A stretch of DNA of 63,966 nucleotides, the filler included. It is 7 parts of 7 records of this genome, joined end to end, with 100 filler letters (N's around TTAATTAATTAA, not from the genome) between each part and the next. Parts side by side here need not be neighbours in the genome. Positions count along the whole stretch, not along the records: positions 34,688 to 41,490 come from SRR20825010_6872; positions 41,591 to 54,308 come from SRR20825010_6874; 5 more parts are not named here. One strand, written 5' to 3'. The notes below the pieces were generated by a model. The model was not told the origin of the DNA, did not search any database, and was given only the letters and a program-made list of their open reading frames with translations. The position numbers were made by a program, and so were the translations under genes. Position 1 is the stretch's first letter. Every line of letters begins with the position of its first letter. Shown here in pieces: positions 41,331 through 51,642 of this stretch.

Positions 41331-41490
41331 AATTGCAATGATTCCGCCAATCTAGAGTTCAAAATTTCACTTTAGTGTAAAATTCATTCAATTCGGGCAC
41401 CTGCAAAACCCCGCTCGCGCCACCATGATGTCCTTAATCCGGAAGCTCAGGCCTGAATTTGAATTAAATAGCGATCATGGACCTTAAGAT

Positions 41491-41590
41491 NNNNNNNNNN
41501 NNNNNNNNNNNNNNNNNNNNNNNNNNNNNNNNNNTTAATTAATTAANNNNNNNNNNNNNNNNNNNNNNNNNNNNNNNNNNNNNNNNNNNN
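41491..41590. other. Artificial contig linker
   Basis: N44-TTAATTAATTAA-N44. Confidence 0.99.
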
Positions 41591-41618
41591 GTTGCTCTAC
41601 CAGCTGAGCTAAGGAGGC
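41591..41618 (-). tRNA. tRNA 5' part (possibly Thr; anticodon not visible)
   Basis: Minus strand GCCTCCT-TA-GCTC-AGCTGGTA-GAGC-AAC gives an acceptor 5' strand and D-arm; truncated by the linker. Confidence 0.8.
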
Positions 41619-41638
41619 TTTTTTCCGTATTGGTGATG

Positions 41639-41670
41639 CAAATATAGAGGTTCACTTTATTCGCTCCAAA
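41639..41670 (-). promoter_or_regulatory. Bacteroidota promoter for the tRNA
   Basis: Minus strand TTTG-N20-TATATTTG, a full consensus match. Confidence 0.75.
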
Positions 41671-41718
41671 CCCTCAGAAAAGAAAAATCCTATCTTCCTT
41701 ATTCTGAGTGAGAAAAAT

Positions 41719-43869
41719 TTAAAACTCCCTTATAATTGACAGCTTACTTTTCAGTTTTTCGACCTCTTCTTCTGCTTTTTGGATCTTTAGATCAAACTGA
41801 TCTTTCAATTTATCTGCAGTTCTAGAAGCAGCAAAGAATTCCAAATTGTTTTTCCACAAGGTGATGTTATTCTCCAATTCAGAAATTTGCTTGCGAATAC
41901 CATGCTCTTTCTTATTAAGAGTTTTCACTGCGTTCGGATCCGACTGTAGTCTATTCAGATTTAATCTGAAAAGGAAGTCTTCTCTTCCGGCTCCATCTGG
42001 ACTCAATTTTTCTAAGTAAAGATCAACGGCTGTTTTAAATTGAGCCTGAATCTCTTTCATAGATTTTCTTGGTACGAAACCAAGGTCATTGAATTCACTA
42101 ACAAATTTTGATAGTTCTTCTTCAGAAACATTTTCATTGGCAGCAGCTTCTGTCAGTTTCTTACAAATCTCTTGCTTGCTTACAAGGTTCTCTTCGAACT
42201 CAGCATTCTCTTGTTTATTAGAGTCTCTCCTGTTGTCAAAGAAAGTATCACAAGCTAATTTAAAGCGCTTATAAAGACTATCTCTGCTTTTCTCAGGTGT
42301 AGGTCCTAGCTTCTTCCATTCCTGCTGCAGCTTCACCAAAGCATTAGAAGTGTTCTGCCAATCCTTATTGTCTTTTAGCTCTTCCGCTTTAGTGATCAAG
42401 TCCTCCGCTTTTGCCTGGTTAGTAGCGCGGATTTCATCGAGTTCTTTGAAGAATAAATTCTTACCATGGAAAAATTGTTTGAAAGCTGCCCAGAATGCCT
42501 TGTTAACATCTTTGCCTGACTCTCTAGGCACTGGTCCTATTTTCTCCCAGTTCTTCTGAATTTCTAAGATCTCTTTAGTCTTGATATTCCAATCACGGAT
42601 TCTATCTGCTTTGAAATCAGCAAATGGTTTCAAAGCTTCTATTAAAGCTTCTTTCTGATCTTGATTTACTTTGAATACCTCTTTTTGGCCTTCATAGAAG
42701 TCCTTTCTTCTGTCATAAACTGCATCAGATGCTCCTTTGAATTTTTGCCACAAAGCTTCCTGCTCATCTCTAGGAACGGGGCCAATATGTTTGAACTCTT
42801 CATGAAGGTCATTCAAGGCTTTGATAGCATCTTTAAGGTCTTTTACATCCTTCAATGCTACTGCCTTGCCAACAAGCTCTAATTTGCTTTCAAGATTCTT
42901 TTTACGATCAAGTTCTTTAAGCTCAAAATAGATACTTCTATTATCGTAGAAGCGATCCATCAAGGCATTGTAGCTCGCCCATAAACTTCTGTTTTGTGCT
43001 GGAGGAACTGGTCCTATGCTTTTCCACTCTTCTTGTAGGCCCTTGATAGTAGCCATACTAAGCGTCGTTTCTTCTCCATCAACTAAATCGCGGAGTTTAT
43101 TAAGCAATTCATTTTTAGCTGTAAAATTGGATTCCTTCTGCTTCTCTGCTTCTTTGCGAAGCGCTCCAAGCTGATGACGGTATTCGTAATAATAGGTGTT
43201 GAATTCTTTCTCCTCATCACTTGGACGGAAGTCAAAATCATCCTCTACTCCACCTTCGGCCTTGAAATTCTCCAAAGCTTCGGCTTTTTCCTTATGAGTA
43301 TATTCATCGAAAGCTGCCTTGATTTCATGGACTAGCTTATCGATTCTATAAATATTATCTTGTTTTACTTTGCTTTTGAGTAAAGCTACTAGCTCTATTT
43401 TAGATAGCACAGTGACATCAATCTCTTCATCATGATGTTCATCTTCCTCCTCATTCTCCTCTGTAGCTTCATCCTCATCAGTATTTGAAGCTTCAACAGT
43501 CTCGGAAGAGGCTGCCTCTTCTTCTGTTTTATCTTCGGAAACTACCTCTTCGGTAGCATTTTCAGATGGGGTTGGAGTTTCTTCAGCATTGGCAGGCGAT
43601 TCGCTCTCTGCAGCTTCAAGTTCTTCGGAAGGCGTTTCATCGGTTACCTCTTCACTAGTTTCTTTAGCTTCTATAGGCTCAGATTCCACAGGTACTTCTT
43701 CAATTGAAGTAGTGGATTCTATTTCAGGTTCAGTCTTGCTGTCCTGATCGGCTACAGTTTCTTTGTTAGCTTCAGAATTAGTTTCATTTTCGATACCCTT
43801 TACCTCTTCAGAATTGGAGGCTTGAGTCACCTTGTCCTTGTCGGACAAATCATTACTTTTCTCAGTCAT
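41719..43869 (-). CDS. DUF349-repeat protein
   Basis: Repeated (L)QxxW(K)xIGPVP...LW..F helical units and an acidic N-terminal tail. Start MTEKSND is supported by TACTTTTG at 43900-43907. Confidence 0.88.
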   Translation of the reverse strand: MTEKSNDLSDKDKVTQASNSEEVKGIENETNSEANKETVADQDSKTEPEIESTTSIEEVPVESEPIEAKETSEEVTDETPSEELEAAESESPANAEETPTPSENATEEVVSEDKTEEEAASSETVEASNTDEDEATEENEEEDEHHDEEIDVTVLSKIELVALLKSKVKQDNIYRIDKLVHEIKAAFDEYTHKEKAEALENFKAEGGVEDDFDFRPSDEEKEFNTYYYEYRHQLGALRKEAEKQKESNFTAKNELLNKLRDLVDGEETTLSMATIKGLQEEWKSIGPVPPAQNRSLWASYNALMDRFYDNRSIYFELKELDRKKNLESKLELVGKAVALKDVKDLKDAIKALNDLHEEFKHIGPVPRDEQEALWQKFKGASDAVYDRRKDFYEGQKEVFKVNQDQKEALIEALKPFADFKADRIRDWNIKTKEILEIQKNWEKIGPVPRESGKDVNKAFWAAFKQFFHGKNLFFKELDEIRATNQAKAEDLITKAEELKDNKDWQNTSNALVKLQQEWKKLGPTPEKSRDSLYKRFKLACDTFFDNRRDSNKQENAEFEENLVSKQEICKKLTEAAANENVSEEELSKFVSEFNDLGFVPRKSMKEIQAQFKTAVDLYLEKLSPDGAGREDFLFRLNLNRLQSDPNAVKTLNKKEHGIRKQISELENNITLWKNNLEFFAASRTADKLKDQFDLKIQKAEEEVEKLKSKLSIIREF

Positions 43870-43917
43870 AAAAACAGTACTATTAGGCGGCAATATGAGC
43901 AAAAGTAGGGATTTTGC

Positions 43918-44496
43918 CTAATTTAATCTTGGATCTAGTGGATAATTTGCTATTACCTTAAACTCCCCTCCCATATTTTTAAGCAAGTTTCTCCAGAGTT
44001 CTTCAGGTGTAAAATCAAATGTTTTCTCTCCAAGGTTTTCCCTACATATAATCCAAGTATCCTCTGATAGCTCGTCATCCAATTGCGTTGCGCCCCAACC
44101 ACTGTATCCTAAGAAAAAGCGAACTGACTCTGGGTCAAAGAGCCCGAGCTTAAGTTTTTCTACCAAAGATTCATAATCACCGCCCCACCAAATATTCTCG
44201 CCTAAGGAGATACTTCCATCTAAAGCCTTTTCTCCTAAGTATATGAAATGCAGAGTATTCTGCTCTACAGGTCCACCTACGAATATATCTTTATCCAAAA
44301 AGTCTAGCGCTTCAACGAGCTCTCCCAGTTTAAGGATCGATGGTTTATTAATAATTAGCCCAAAACTCCCCTCTTCTGAATGCTCACAAAGCAGAACCAC
44401 AGAGCGAACGAAATTCTCGTCCTGCAAAAATGGTTCGGAAATTAGAAGATCACCGGCTTTAGGATTACGCTGTTCATCTTTATTCATTCTGCTCAA
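43918..44496 (-). CDS. YqgE/AlgH (UPF0301) family protein
   Basis: Motifs FVRSVVLLCEH, GGPVE and GYSGW...QL..E. Confidence 0.93.
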   Translation of the reverse strand: MSRMNKDEQRNPKAGDLLISEPFLQDENFVRSVVLLCEHSEEGSFGLIINKPSILKLGELVEALDFLDKDIFVGGPVEQNTLHFIYLGEKALDGSISLGENIWWGGDYESLVEKLKLGLFDPESVRFFLGYSGWGATQLDDELSEDTWIICRENLGEKTFDFTPEELWRNLLKNMGGEFKVIANYPLDPRLN

Positions 44497-44589
44497 AATC
44501 TAAATTCTTGAAAAATATAGATCATAATTTTTTAAATGCAATGCCTATGGTACTTTTATCCATAAGATTTTCTTGATCAACAACCTCCT

Positions 44590-45222
44590 ATGGATATCTC
44601 AGCAATACGTAAAGATTATACAATTAAATCGCTGGACATCAGTGATGTAAACCTAGATCCAATAGCTCAATTTAAGTCTTGGTTTGATGAGGCAATAAAT
44701 GCTGAAGTTCTGGAAGTCAATGCAATGACTGTTTCAACAATTGGATTGGATGGCATTCCCAATGCTAGAATTTTATTATTGAAAGGAATTGATTCTGGAT
44801 TCGTGTTTTTCACAAATTATCAAAGTGAAAAAGGTAAGGAATTGGAAAAGCACAATTCAGCCTCATTGACTTTTTTCTGGCCTGAGCTTGAGCGTCAGGT
44901 AAGAGTTCGTGGATTGGTAGAAAAAGTTAGCGAGAAGGAATCTGACACCTATTTTTTCTCAAGACCAATTGGTTCACAGATTGGGGCATGGGTGTCTCCA
45001 CAAAGCCAAATAATCACTTCTAGAGATGATTTGACCATCAAACAGGTAGATGTAGAGAAAGAATTCGAAGCAAAGCAAATGGCTAGACCACCACATTGGG
45101 GTGGTTATAGACTCATGGCTTCTACAATTGAATTTTGGCAAGGAAGACCTAGCAGACTCCATGATAGAATCAAATACAAGCTACATGAAGGTGAATGGGT
45201 TATCGATAGACTAGCGCCCTGA
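44590..45222 (+). CDS. pdxH: Pyridoxine/pyridoxamine 5'-phosphate oxidase
   Basis: Motifs RILLLK, FFTNYQSEKG, RQVR, EFWQGRPSRLHDR and RLAP. Confidence 0.96.
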   Translation: MDISAIRKDYTIKSLDISDVNLDPIAQFKSWFDEAINAEVLEVNAMTVSTIGLDGIPNARILLLKGIDSGFVFFTNYQSEKGKELEKHNSASLTFFWPELERQVRVRGLVEKVSEKESDTYFFSRPIGSQIGAWVSPQSQIITSRDDLTIKQVDVEKEFEAKQMARPPHWGGYRLMASTIEFWQGRPSRLHDRIKYKLHEGEWVIDRLAP

Positions 45223-45942
45223 TTATTTCAGGTCAAAAAGATCATCAGTTCCTATCATTCGTTCTACGGTGAAGCCTTCACCATATTTAACTAGAATTTT
45301 GTGTCCAAATTCCCTAGCTCTAGCTTCGATAAAAGGAAGAAATTCTGGATCTGAAATAAAGCTCTTAGGCTCATCACTAGATGGATCGTAGAATTGAGAC
45401 TGAAAAGCCAAAATACTGTCAATTTTAGTCTGCCAATAAGGAGTGATATCCATTACAAAATCAGGCTCAATGTAATTATTTTGGATATAGTGATAAACAA
45501 ATTTTGGTCTCCAAGCTTCTTGATTTTCTCCATCCATTTGAGTTTCAATCTTACGAAGACCACTCATAAAGCAAGCTGAACTTGCCAGACTTGATCCTTT
45601 CCCATGATCAGGATGCCTATCCGAAACTGCATTGGCCAACACGATTTCAGGCCTGTATTTTCTGATCATTTCGATCAGTTTCAATTGATGATCCTCATCA
45701 TTTTGAAAATAGACGTCTTTAAAACCTAAGTTTTCTCTAGCGGACAGATTCAATATTTTACTGGCAGTTTCAGCTTCTTCAAGTCGTAAGGCTGGAGTAC
45801 CACGGGTTCCCATTTCACCTTGAGTAAAATCCACCACTCCTACTTTGTGACCTTTTGCTATATGAGAAGCGATAGTCCCAGAGCAACCTAATTCTGCATC
45901 ATCAGGATGAGCAGCAAAAACTAAAATATCCAGCTTTGTCAT
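45223..45942 (-). CDS. bshB1: Bacillithiol biosynthesis deacetylase (PIG-L family)
   Basis: Motifs AHPDDAELG, GEMGTRG, RHPDH and SQF. Confidence 0.85.
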   Translation of the reverse strand: MTKLDILVFAAHPDDAELGCSGTIASHIAKGHKVGVVDFTQGEMGTRGTPALRLEEAETASKILNLSARENLGFKDVYFQNDEDHQLKLIEMIRKYRPEIVLANAVSDRHPDHGKGSSLASSACFMSGLRKIETQMDGENQEAWRPKFVYHYIQNNYIEPDFVMDITPYWQTKIDSILAFQSQFYDPSSDEPKSFISDPEFLPFIEARAREFGHKILVKYGEGFTVERMIGTDDLFDLK

Positions 45943-45954
45943 TTTCTAATTTGG

Positions 45955-46998
45955 CTATTTAACCCGAAGGTTTTGTCCTATTTTTAAAATCGTTCGAGTT
46001 GAGATACCGTTTAATTTGGTCAGCGAACTTACAGAAACACCGTATTTACGTGCTATAGAACCTAGATTTTCACCCTTCTTCACTTTATGATAAGCGTTTG
46101 TTCTAGCCTGAACAATGTTGCCAAAAAGAGCAGGAGTTATTAAATAATTTTGACTCAGTATTTTATTGTCAGAAAAGTCATAAACTTTTTGAGGATCAAA
46201 AGCTAATCCCCTGTATCTCAGTTCGTAGTGCAAATGTGAACCAGTACTCTTTCCTGTACTTCCACCATATGCTATTAAATCTCCCGCTTTGACCTCTTGT
46301 CCTATATCAACGAGTTGCTTAGACAAATGACCATAGAGAGTTTCTAGGCCATTTTTATGGCGTACTACGATGTAATAACCGTAACCATATCTATCATATG
46401 ATTTCACACGAACAATTCCATCAAAACCACTGAAAACGGGATCTCCTGTATTAAGATCTAAATCTGTCCCATAATGCCATCTTCTCCATCTATACCCATA
46501 AGGAGATGTCACTGGCGTAGTTTCTAAAGGCATTTTCCAATTGTAACCGAAAAATTCATCGTACAGCTGAATATTAACGCTGTCTTTGAAGGTCTTTGGG
46601 TCGAAATTGTAAATATCTATTTTGTTGGAATCCCACGCAGAGTAATATTCGTAGGCAGTTACCCAAATACTGTCTATTTGTATTTGCTCGGAAACTTTGA
46701 TCAGCTGGTTTGTGGGTGCCCAGATCATGATATTCTGATCTTCACTGATAATGGACCTAACTCTTCCTAGGTGTACATTATTTTCAAAAATAATGGAATC
46801 TGTAACCGAGGATAATGTTTTGAGATACGACTCCTGATCGAATGAACGGAGTTCAATATTCTTCCTCTCCTGACCTACAGTAGAGGATTGAGTGTTGTTA
46901 TTTTTCTTAATAATCTTTGGAAAAATTTGAGCATTGGCATTTAACACACCAATGCTCAGATTTAAACAAAAGACTACAAATAGGATCGAATACCTCAT
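45955..46998 (-). CDS. M23 peptidase with C-terminal LysM domain
   Basis: Motifs HYGTD, YGHL and HLHYE; LysM HKVKKGENLGSIARKYG. Confidence 0.92.
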   Translation of the reverse strand: MRYSILFVVFCLNLSIGVLNANAQIFPKIIKKNNNTQSSTVGQERKNIELRSFDQESYLKTLSSVTDSIIFENNVHLGRVRSIISEDQNIMIWAPTNQLIKVSEQIQIDSIWVTAYEYYSAWDSNKIDIYNFDPKTFKDSVNIQLYDEFFGYNWKMPLETTPVTSPYGYRWRRWHYGTDLDLNTGDPVFSGFDGIVRVKSYDRYGYGYYIVVRHKNGLETLYGHLSKQLVDIGQEVKAGDLIAYGGSTGKSTGSHLHYELRYRGLAFDPQKVYDFSDNKILSQNYLITPALFGNIVQARTNAYHKVKKGENLGSIARKYGVSVSSLTKLNGISTRTILKIGQNLRVK

Positions 46999-47007
46999 TT
47001 ATTGGGT

Positions 47008-47952
47008 TTAATCATTCTCAAACTCTGCCAAATATCGTTCAGCGTCCAAAGCGGCCATACAGCCTGTACCTGCCGCCGTTACTGCTTGACGGTAGATATT
47101 GTCTTGTGCATCACCACAAGCAAAAACGCCTTCAACGTTTGTTCTGGTACTTCCTGGGATAGTTTTGATATAACCGGCATCATCCATATGAATATAATCT
47201 TTAAATATGCCGGTGTTTGGTTCGTGACCAATAGCAACAAAGAAGCCAGAAATAGCGATTTCTGATTTTTCTCCAGTTTTATTATTGAAGATTCTTATGC
47301 CGTTTACTTCTTCCTCTCCAAGGATCTCATCCGTTTCTGTATTCCAGAGAATTTCAATCTTTGGATTATTCATCACACGCTTTTGCATGATCTGTGAAGC
47401 TCGCATTTCATCCTTTCTAATCAACATGTAGACCTTGCTACAGATATTAGACAAGTATGATGCTTCTTCACACGCTGTATCTCCAGCTCCAACTATCGCC
47501 ACTTCCTGTCCTCTGAAAAAGAAACCATCACATACAGCACAGGCAGAAACACCTTTGCCGTTCAATCTAGTTTCGCTTTCAATGCCTAGCCATTTGGCTG
47601 AAGCTCCTGTAGAGATCAACACTGTATCAGCATGAATCGTGATTTGCTCATCGATGATCACAGTATGAGGCTTAGTGCTGAAATCCACACTAGTTGCCAA
47701 GCCATATCGTACCTGAGTTCCAAATCGTTCAGCTTGCTTTCTAAAGTCTTCCATCATCTCAGGCCCTGCTACTCCGTTAGGATAACCTGGATAATTTTCT
47801 ACGTCATTGGTTATGGTCAACTGACCACCTGGCTGTCCACCAGTATATAAAACAGGAGAAAGTCCTGCTCTAGAAGCATATATCGCTGCAGTGTAACCTG
47901 CTGGTCCTGATCCTACGATCAAAACTTTTACTTTTTCAATTTCTGGATTCAT
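47008..47952 (-). CDS. trxB: Thioredoxin reductase
   Basis: Motifs GSGPAG, CAVC and GVFACGD. Confidence 0.97.
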   Translation of the reverse strand: MNPEIEKVKVLIVGSGPAGYTAAIYASRAGLSPVLYTGGQPGGQLTITNDVENYPGYPNGVAGPEMMEDFRKQAERFGTQVRYGLATSVDFSTKPHTVIIDEQITIHADTVLISTGASAKWLGIESETRLNGKGVSACAVCDGFFFRGQEVAIVGAGDTACEEASYLSNICSKVYMLIRKDEMRASQIMQKRVMNNPKIEILWNTETDEILGEEEVNGIRIFNNKTGEKSEIAISGFFVAIGHEPNTGIFKDYIHMDDAGYIKTIPGSTRTNVEGVFACGDAQDNIYRQAVTAAGTGCMAALDAERYLAEFEND

Positions 47953-48094
47953 TAATAGAATATATTAAATCGGGCAAATTTTATGAATTCTAACTTAGTA
48001 ACAAAGTTGCATATTGTTAAAATTCCCTAAGCTTTCGACTTAAGGAAATAGTATTTGAGCTAGACTCTGATACTAAGGTAGAATATAATGAAAT

Positions 48095-48119
48095 AAAAAA
48101 GGGGGCTAAAACCCCCTTT
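48095..48119 (-). terminator. Intrinsic terminator after the sigma factor gene
   Basis: AAAAAAGGGGG-CTAAAA-CCCCCTTT. Confidence 0.75.
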
Positions 48120-48135
48120 CTACTTGTGTGCTTGC

Positions 48136-48999
48136 TTATCCGAGGTAAGGTTTCAATGTCTTACTACGGGAAGTATGTCTCAGTCGGCGAATAGCCTTCT
48201 CTTTGATTTGTCTTACTCGCTCTCTGGTAAGGTTGAATTTTTCTCCGATTTCTTCCAGAGTCATCGCATGCTCACCATTCAATCCAAAGTAAAGCGTGAT
48301 TACATCAGCTTCTCTTTGTGTCAAGGTGGAAAGTGCTCGTTGAACTTCCTTACGAAGGGAATCATTCATCAAACCATCATCTGGCTTTTCGTCTCCATCA
48401 TTTTCCAATACATCCAAAAGGCTATTTTCTTCACCTTGAACAAAAGGAGCATCCATAGATACGTGACGACCAGAGATTTTCATAGTATCAACTACCTCAT
48501 TTGCAGTTACTTCTAGCACTTCAGCCAATTCTTCTGGAGATGGCTCACGCTCGAATTTCTGCTCTAGCTCGCTGAACGTCTTGCTGATCTTATTCAAAGA
48601 ACCTACTCTGTTCAATGGAAGACGAACAATTCTAGACTGCTCCGCTAGTGCCTGAAGGATAGATTGTCTAATCCACCATACGGCATAGGAGATAAATTTA
48701 AATCCACGAGTTTCATCAAAACGCTGTGCAGCTTTGATCAATCCAAGGTTACCCTCATTGATCAAATCCCCCAAAGAAAGTCCTTGGTTTTGGTACTGCT
48801 TGGCAACTGAAACAACAAATCGGAGATTGGCTTTCGTCAATTTTTCAAGTGCCAATTGGTCACCTTCTCTAATTCTCTTGGCCAGAACTACCTCTTCGTC
48901 TGCTGTCAACAGGTCAACTTTTCCAATCTCTTGAAGATATTTATCCAGGGATTGACTTTCTCTGTTGGTAATCTGTTTGCTAATCTTTAGCTGCCTCAT
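48136..48999 (-). CDS. rpoD: Bacteroidota primary sigma70 factor (lacks region 1.1)
   Basis: Start [11 protein letters not shown]; motifs [22 protein letters not shown] and TRERVRQI. Confidence 0.93.
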   Translation of the reverse strand: MRQLKISKQITNRESQSLDKYLQEIGKVDLLTADEEVVLAKRIREGDQLALEKLTKANLRFVVSVAKQYQNQGLSLGDLINEGNLGLIKAAQRFDETRGFKFISYAVWWIRQSILQALAEQSRIVRLPLNRVGSLNKISKTFSELEQKFEREPSPEELAEVLEVTANEVVDTMKISGRHVSMDAPFVQGEENSLLDVLENDGDEKPDDGLMNDSLRKEVQRALSTLTQREADVITLYFGLNGEHAMTLEEIGEKFNLTRERVRQIKEKAIRRLRHTSRSKTLKPYLG

Positions 49000-49087
49000 T
49001 CAGGAATATGATTTGTGAAATTTAATAGTTTAAGAAAATCAAATTAATCAAATGTTTCGATTAACCTTATGCACTCAGTGCTGGTTT

Positions 49088-51208
49088 TTATGGTTTTGGC
49101 AATAAAGCCTTTCTAGAAAGCTTGAATTTGCCAGTTTTCTTATCGACATCGATCAATTTAACCTGTATTTCTTCTCCTGGCTCAAGTACACCGTCCATAG
49201 TTTCTATACGCTCATGCTTGATCTCGGAGATATGTAGTAAACCATCCTTACCCGGCATAAATTCCACAAAGGCACCAAAAGGTTGAATATTTTTTACTTT
49301 ACCTGTATAAGTCTCTCCTATTTCAGGCTGAGCCACGATTGCTTTGATACGCGAAAGCGCAGCATTAAGTTTATCTTGGTTAGCAGAGAAAATGTTGATT
49401 TTACCCTGATTGTCGATCTCTTCGATCACGATAGTAGCTCCAGTATCCTTCTGGATTTCCTGAATTACTTTACCTCCAGGCCCGATCACAGCACCGATCA
49501 ATTCCTTAGGAATCATCATGATGAATGATCTTGGAGTATGAGGCTTCAATTCTGCTTTAGGAGCAGCAAGAGTTTTGGTGATTTCGTCCAAAATATGAAG
49601 TCTACCAGCTTTTGCTTGATGCAAAGCTTCTTTCAATACAGAGTAATCTAATCCTTCTACTTTAAGGTCCATCTGACAAGCAGTGATTCCTTTTGCAGTA
49701 CCAGTTACTTTGAAATCCATATCTCCTAGGTGATCTTCATCGCCCAAAATATCAGAAAGGATAGAATATTTACCAGTTTTCGCGTCAGAGATCATTCCCA
49801 TAGCGATACCAGTTACGGCAGATTTGATAGGAATACCTGCATCCATCAATGCCAAAGAACCAGCACAAACCGTAGCCATAGACGAAGAACCGTTTGATTC
49901 CAGGATGTCTGATACGATACGGATAGTGTAAGGATTCTGCTCAACAGGAGGAAGAACTTTTCTCAAAGCTCTCATCGCCAAGTTACCATGACCTACTTCT
50001 CTTCTTCCAGGACCTCTATTTATTTTCACTTCTCCCGTAGAGAATCCAGGGAAATTGTAGTGAAGATAGAATTTGTTGTAACCTGAGATAGTTGCACCGT
50101 CCACCATCATCTCGTCCATCTTAGTACCTAAAGTACAAGTGGTAAGCGATTGAGTTTCTCCTCTAGTGAACACAGCAGAACCGTGAGCAGATGGTAAGTA
50201 ATCAACAACAGACCAAATAGGTCTTACTTCGTCAAGTTTTCTACCATCCAATCTTTTCTTCTCATTCAATGTCAAGTTTCTAGCAGCCTCCTTGTGGACT
50301 TTGCTGAAATATGGGCCGATTAGGCTCGCTTCGAATCCGTGATCTTCGCCTAAGCTAGCTACGAATTCTTCTTTGATTTCTTTTACTAAAGCAGAACGCT
50401 CAGTTTTGTTGGCAATTTGCTTTCCTACTGAAGCGTAAAGTTTGTCGTAAACATCAGCTCTCATCTTATCGAAAAGTGCCGGATCAGACTTCTCGTGACA
50501 GTATTCTCTTTTTACTTCTTTACCTACAAGTTTGGTAAGCTCAATCTGAGCTTGGCAATGTCTCTTGATCTCCTCATGAGCATATTGCATTGCTTCTAGC
50601 ATCTCTTCCTCTTCGATCTCGTTCGCTTCGCCCTCTACCATAAGGATAAAGTCAAGCGATCCTGCTACGATGAATTCTAGAGAAGCTGTTGCCAACTGTG
50701 TTGGAGTTGGATTGATGATCAACTTACCATCGATTTTCGCTACGCGAACTTCAGAGATAGGACCGTTGAAAGGTATATCGGAAACAGCCAAAGCCGCAGA
50801 AGCAGCAAGACCAGCCAAAGCATCTGGAAGCACATCCTCATCACCACTGATTAAAGTGATTGCAATCTGAGTATCTGCATGGTAATCATCTGGGAAGATT
50901 GGGCGAATAGCTCTATCTACGATACGGCTAATCAAAATTTCGTAATCTGAAAGTCTTCCTTCTCTCTTCAAAAATCCACCAGGAATTTTTCCTGAGGAAG
51001 CAAATTTCTCTTGATAGTCAACAGACATTGGTAAAAAATCCACCCCTTCTCCAGCTTCTTTCTTGGATACTACTGTAGCCAAAAGCATAGCTTTTCCCAT
51101 CTTCACTACTACTGATCCATCAGCTTGCTTCGCCAATGCGCCAGTTTCTATTGTTATTTCTCTGCCATCTTCTAGGGTGATGGTCTTGGTGATTAAGTTC
51201 GGTAACAT
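49088..51208 (-). CDS. pnp: Polyribonucleotide nucleotidyltransferase
   Basis: Two RNase PH domains ([18 protein letters not shown]) followed by KH and S1 domains. Confidence 0.97.
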   Translation of the reverse strand: MLPNLITKTITLEDGREITIETGALAKQADGSVVVKMGKAMLLATVVSKKEAGEGVDFLPMSVDYQEKFASSGKIPGGFLKREGRLSDYEILISRIVDRAIRPIFPDDYHADTQIAITLISGDEDVLPDALAGLAASAALAVSDIPFNGPISEVRVAKIDGKLIINPTPTQLATASLEFIVAGSLDFILMVEGEANEIEEEEMLEAMQYAHEEIKRHCQAQIELTKLVGKEVKREYCHEKSDPALFDKMRADVYDKLYASVGKQIANKTERSALVKEIKEEFVASLGEDHGFEASLIGPYFSKVHKEAARNLTLNEKKRLDGRKLDEVRPIWSVVDYLPSAHGSAVFTRGETQSLTTCTLGTKMDEMMVDGATISGYNKFYLHYNFPGFSTGEVKINRGPGRREVGHGNLAMRALRKVLPPVEQNPYTIRIVSDILESNGSSSMATVCAGSLALMDAGIPIKSAVTGIAMGMISDAKTGKYSILSDILGDEDHLGDMDFKVTGTAKGITACQMDLKVEGLDYSVLKEALHQAKAGRLHILDEITKTLAAPKAELKPHTPRSFIMMIPKELIGAVIGPGGKVIQEIQKDTGATIVIEEIDNQGKINIFSANQDKLNAALSRIKAIVAQPEIGETYTGKVKNIQPFGAFVEFMPGKDGLLHISEIKHERIETMDGVLEPGEEIQVKLIDVDKKTGKFKLSRKALLPKP

Positions 51209-51270
51209 AAATGATTGTTAGTTTGCGTCGTTAGTGATAAAAGTGTTCTTATAACCTTAAAAATAAAAAA

Positions 51271-51298
51271 GTAAGGTTCTCACTCAAGAGAACCTTAC
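51271..51298 (-). terminator. rpsO-pnp intergenic hairpin/terminator
   Basis: GTAAGGTTCTC-ACTCAA-GAGAACCTTAC, followed by a U-run on the minus strand. Confidence 0.75.
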
Positions 51299-51306
51299 TA
51301 GATTGG

Positions 51307-51582
51307 TTATTTTCTGATTCCTAGCTCGGCGATGATTGATCTGTATCGCTCGATCTCTTTCTTGTGAAGGTAATCCAATAGGCTTCTTCTTTTACCTACT
51401 AGCTTCAATAAACCAAGTCTTGAGGAGTGATCCTTCTTATTTGACTTCAAATGTTCAGTCAAATGCTTGATTCTGTGTGTAAAGAGGGCAATCTGAGACT
51501 CAGGAGATCCTGTGTCAGTAGCAGATTTTAACCGTCCATGATTCTTAAATAACTCTTCTTTAATCTCTGAGGATAAATACAT
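51307..51582 (-). CDS. rpsO: 30S ribosomal protein S15
   Basis: Motifs [19 protein letters not shown] and LGIRK; promoter box TACCTTTG at 51610-51617. Confidence 0.97.
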   Translation of the reverse strand: MYLSSEIKEELFKNHGRLKSATDTGSPESQIALFTHRIKHLTEHLKSNKKDHSSRLGLLKLVGKRRSLLDYLHKKEIERYRSIIAELGIRK

Positions 51583-51642
51583 GTTTAGCTAAATTTTGTA
51601 AAACAACCACAAAGGTAGGGTTTATTCTGAGAAAGTAAAAAG

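Noticed and set aside
48136-48999. Unusually short primary sigma factor
   Set aside because: Lack of region 1.1 is the known Bacteroidota form.
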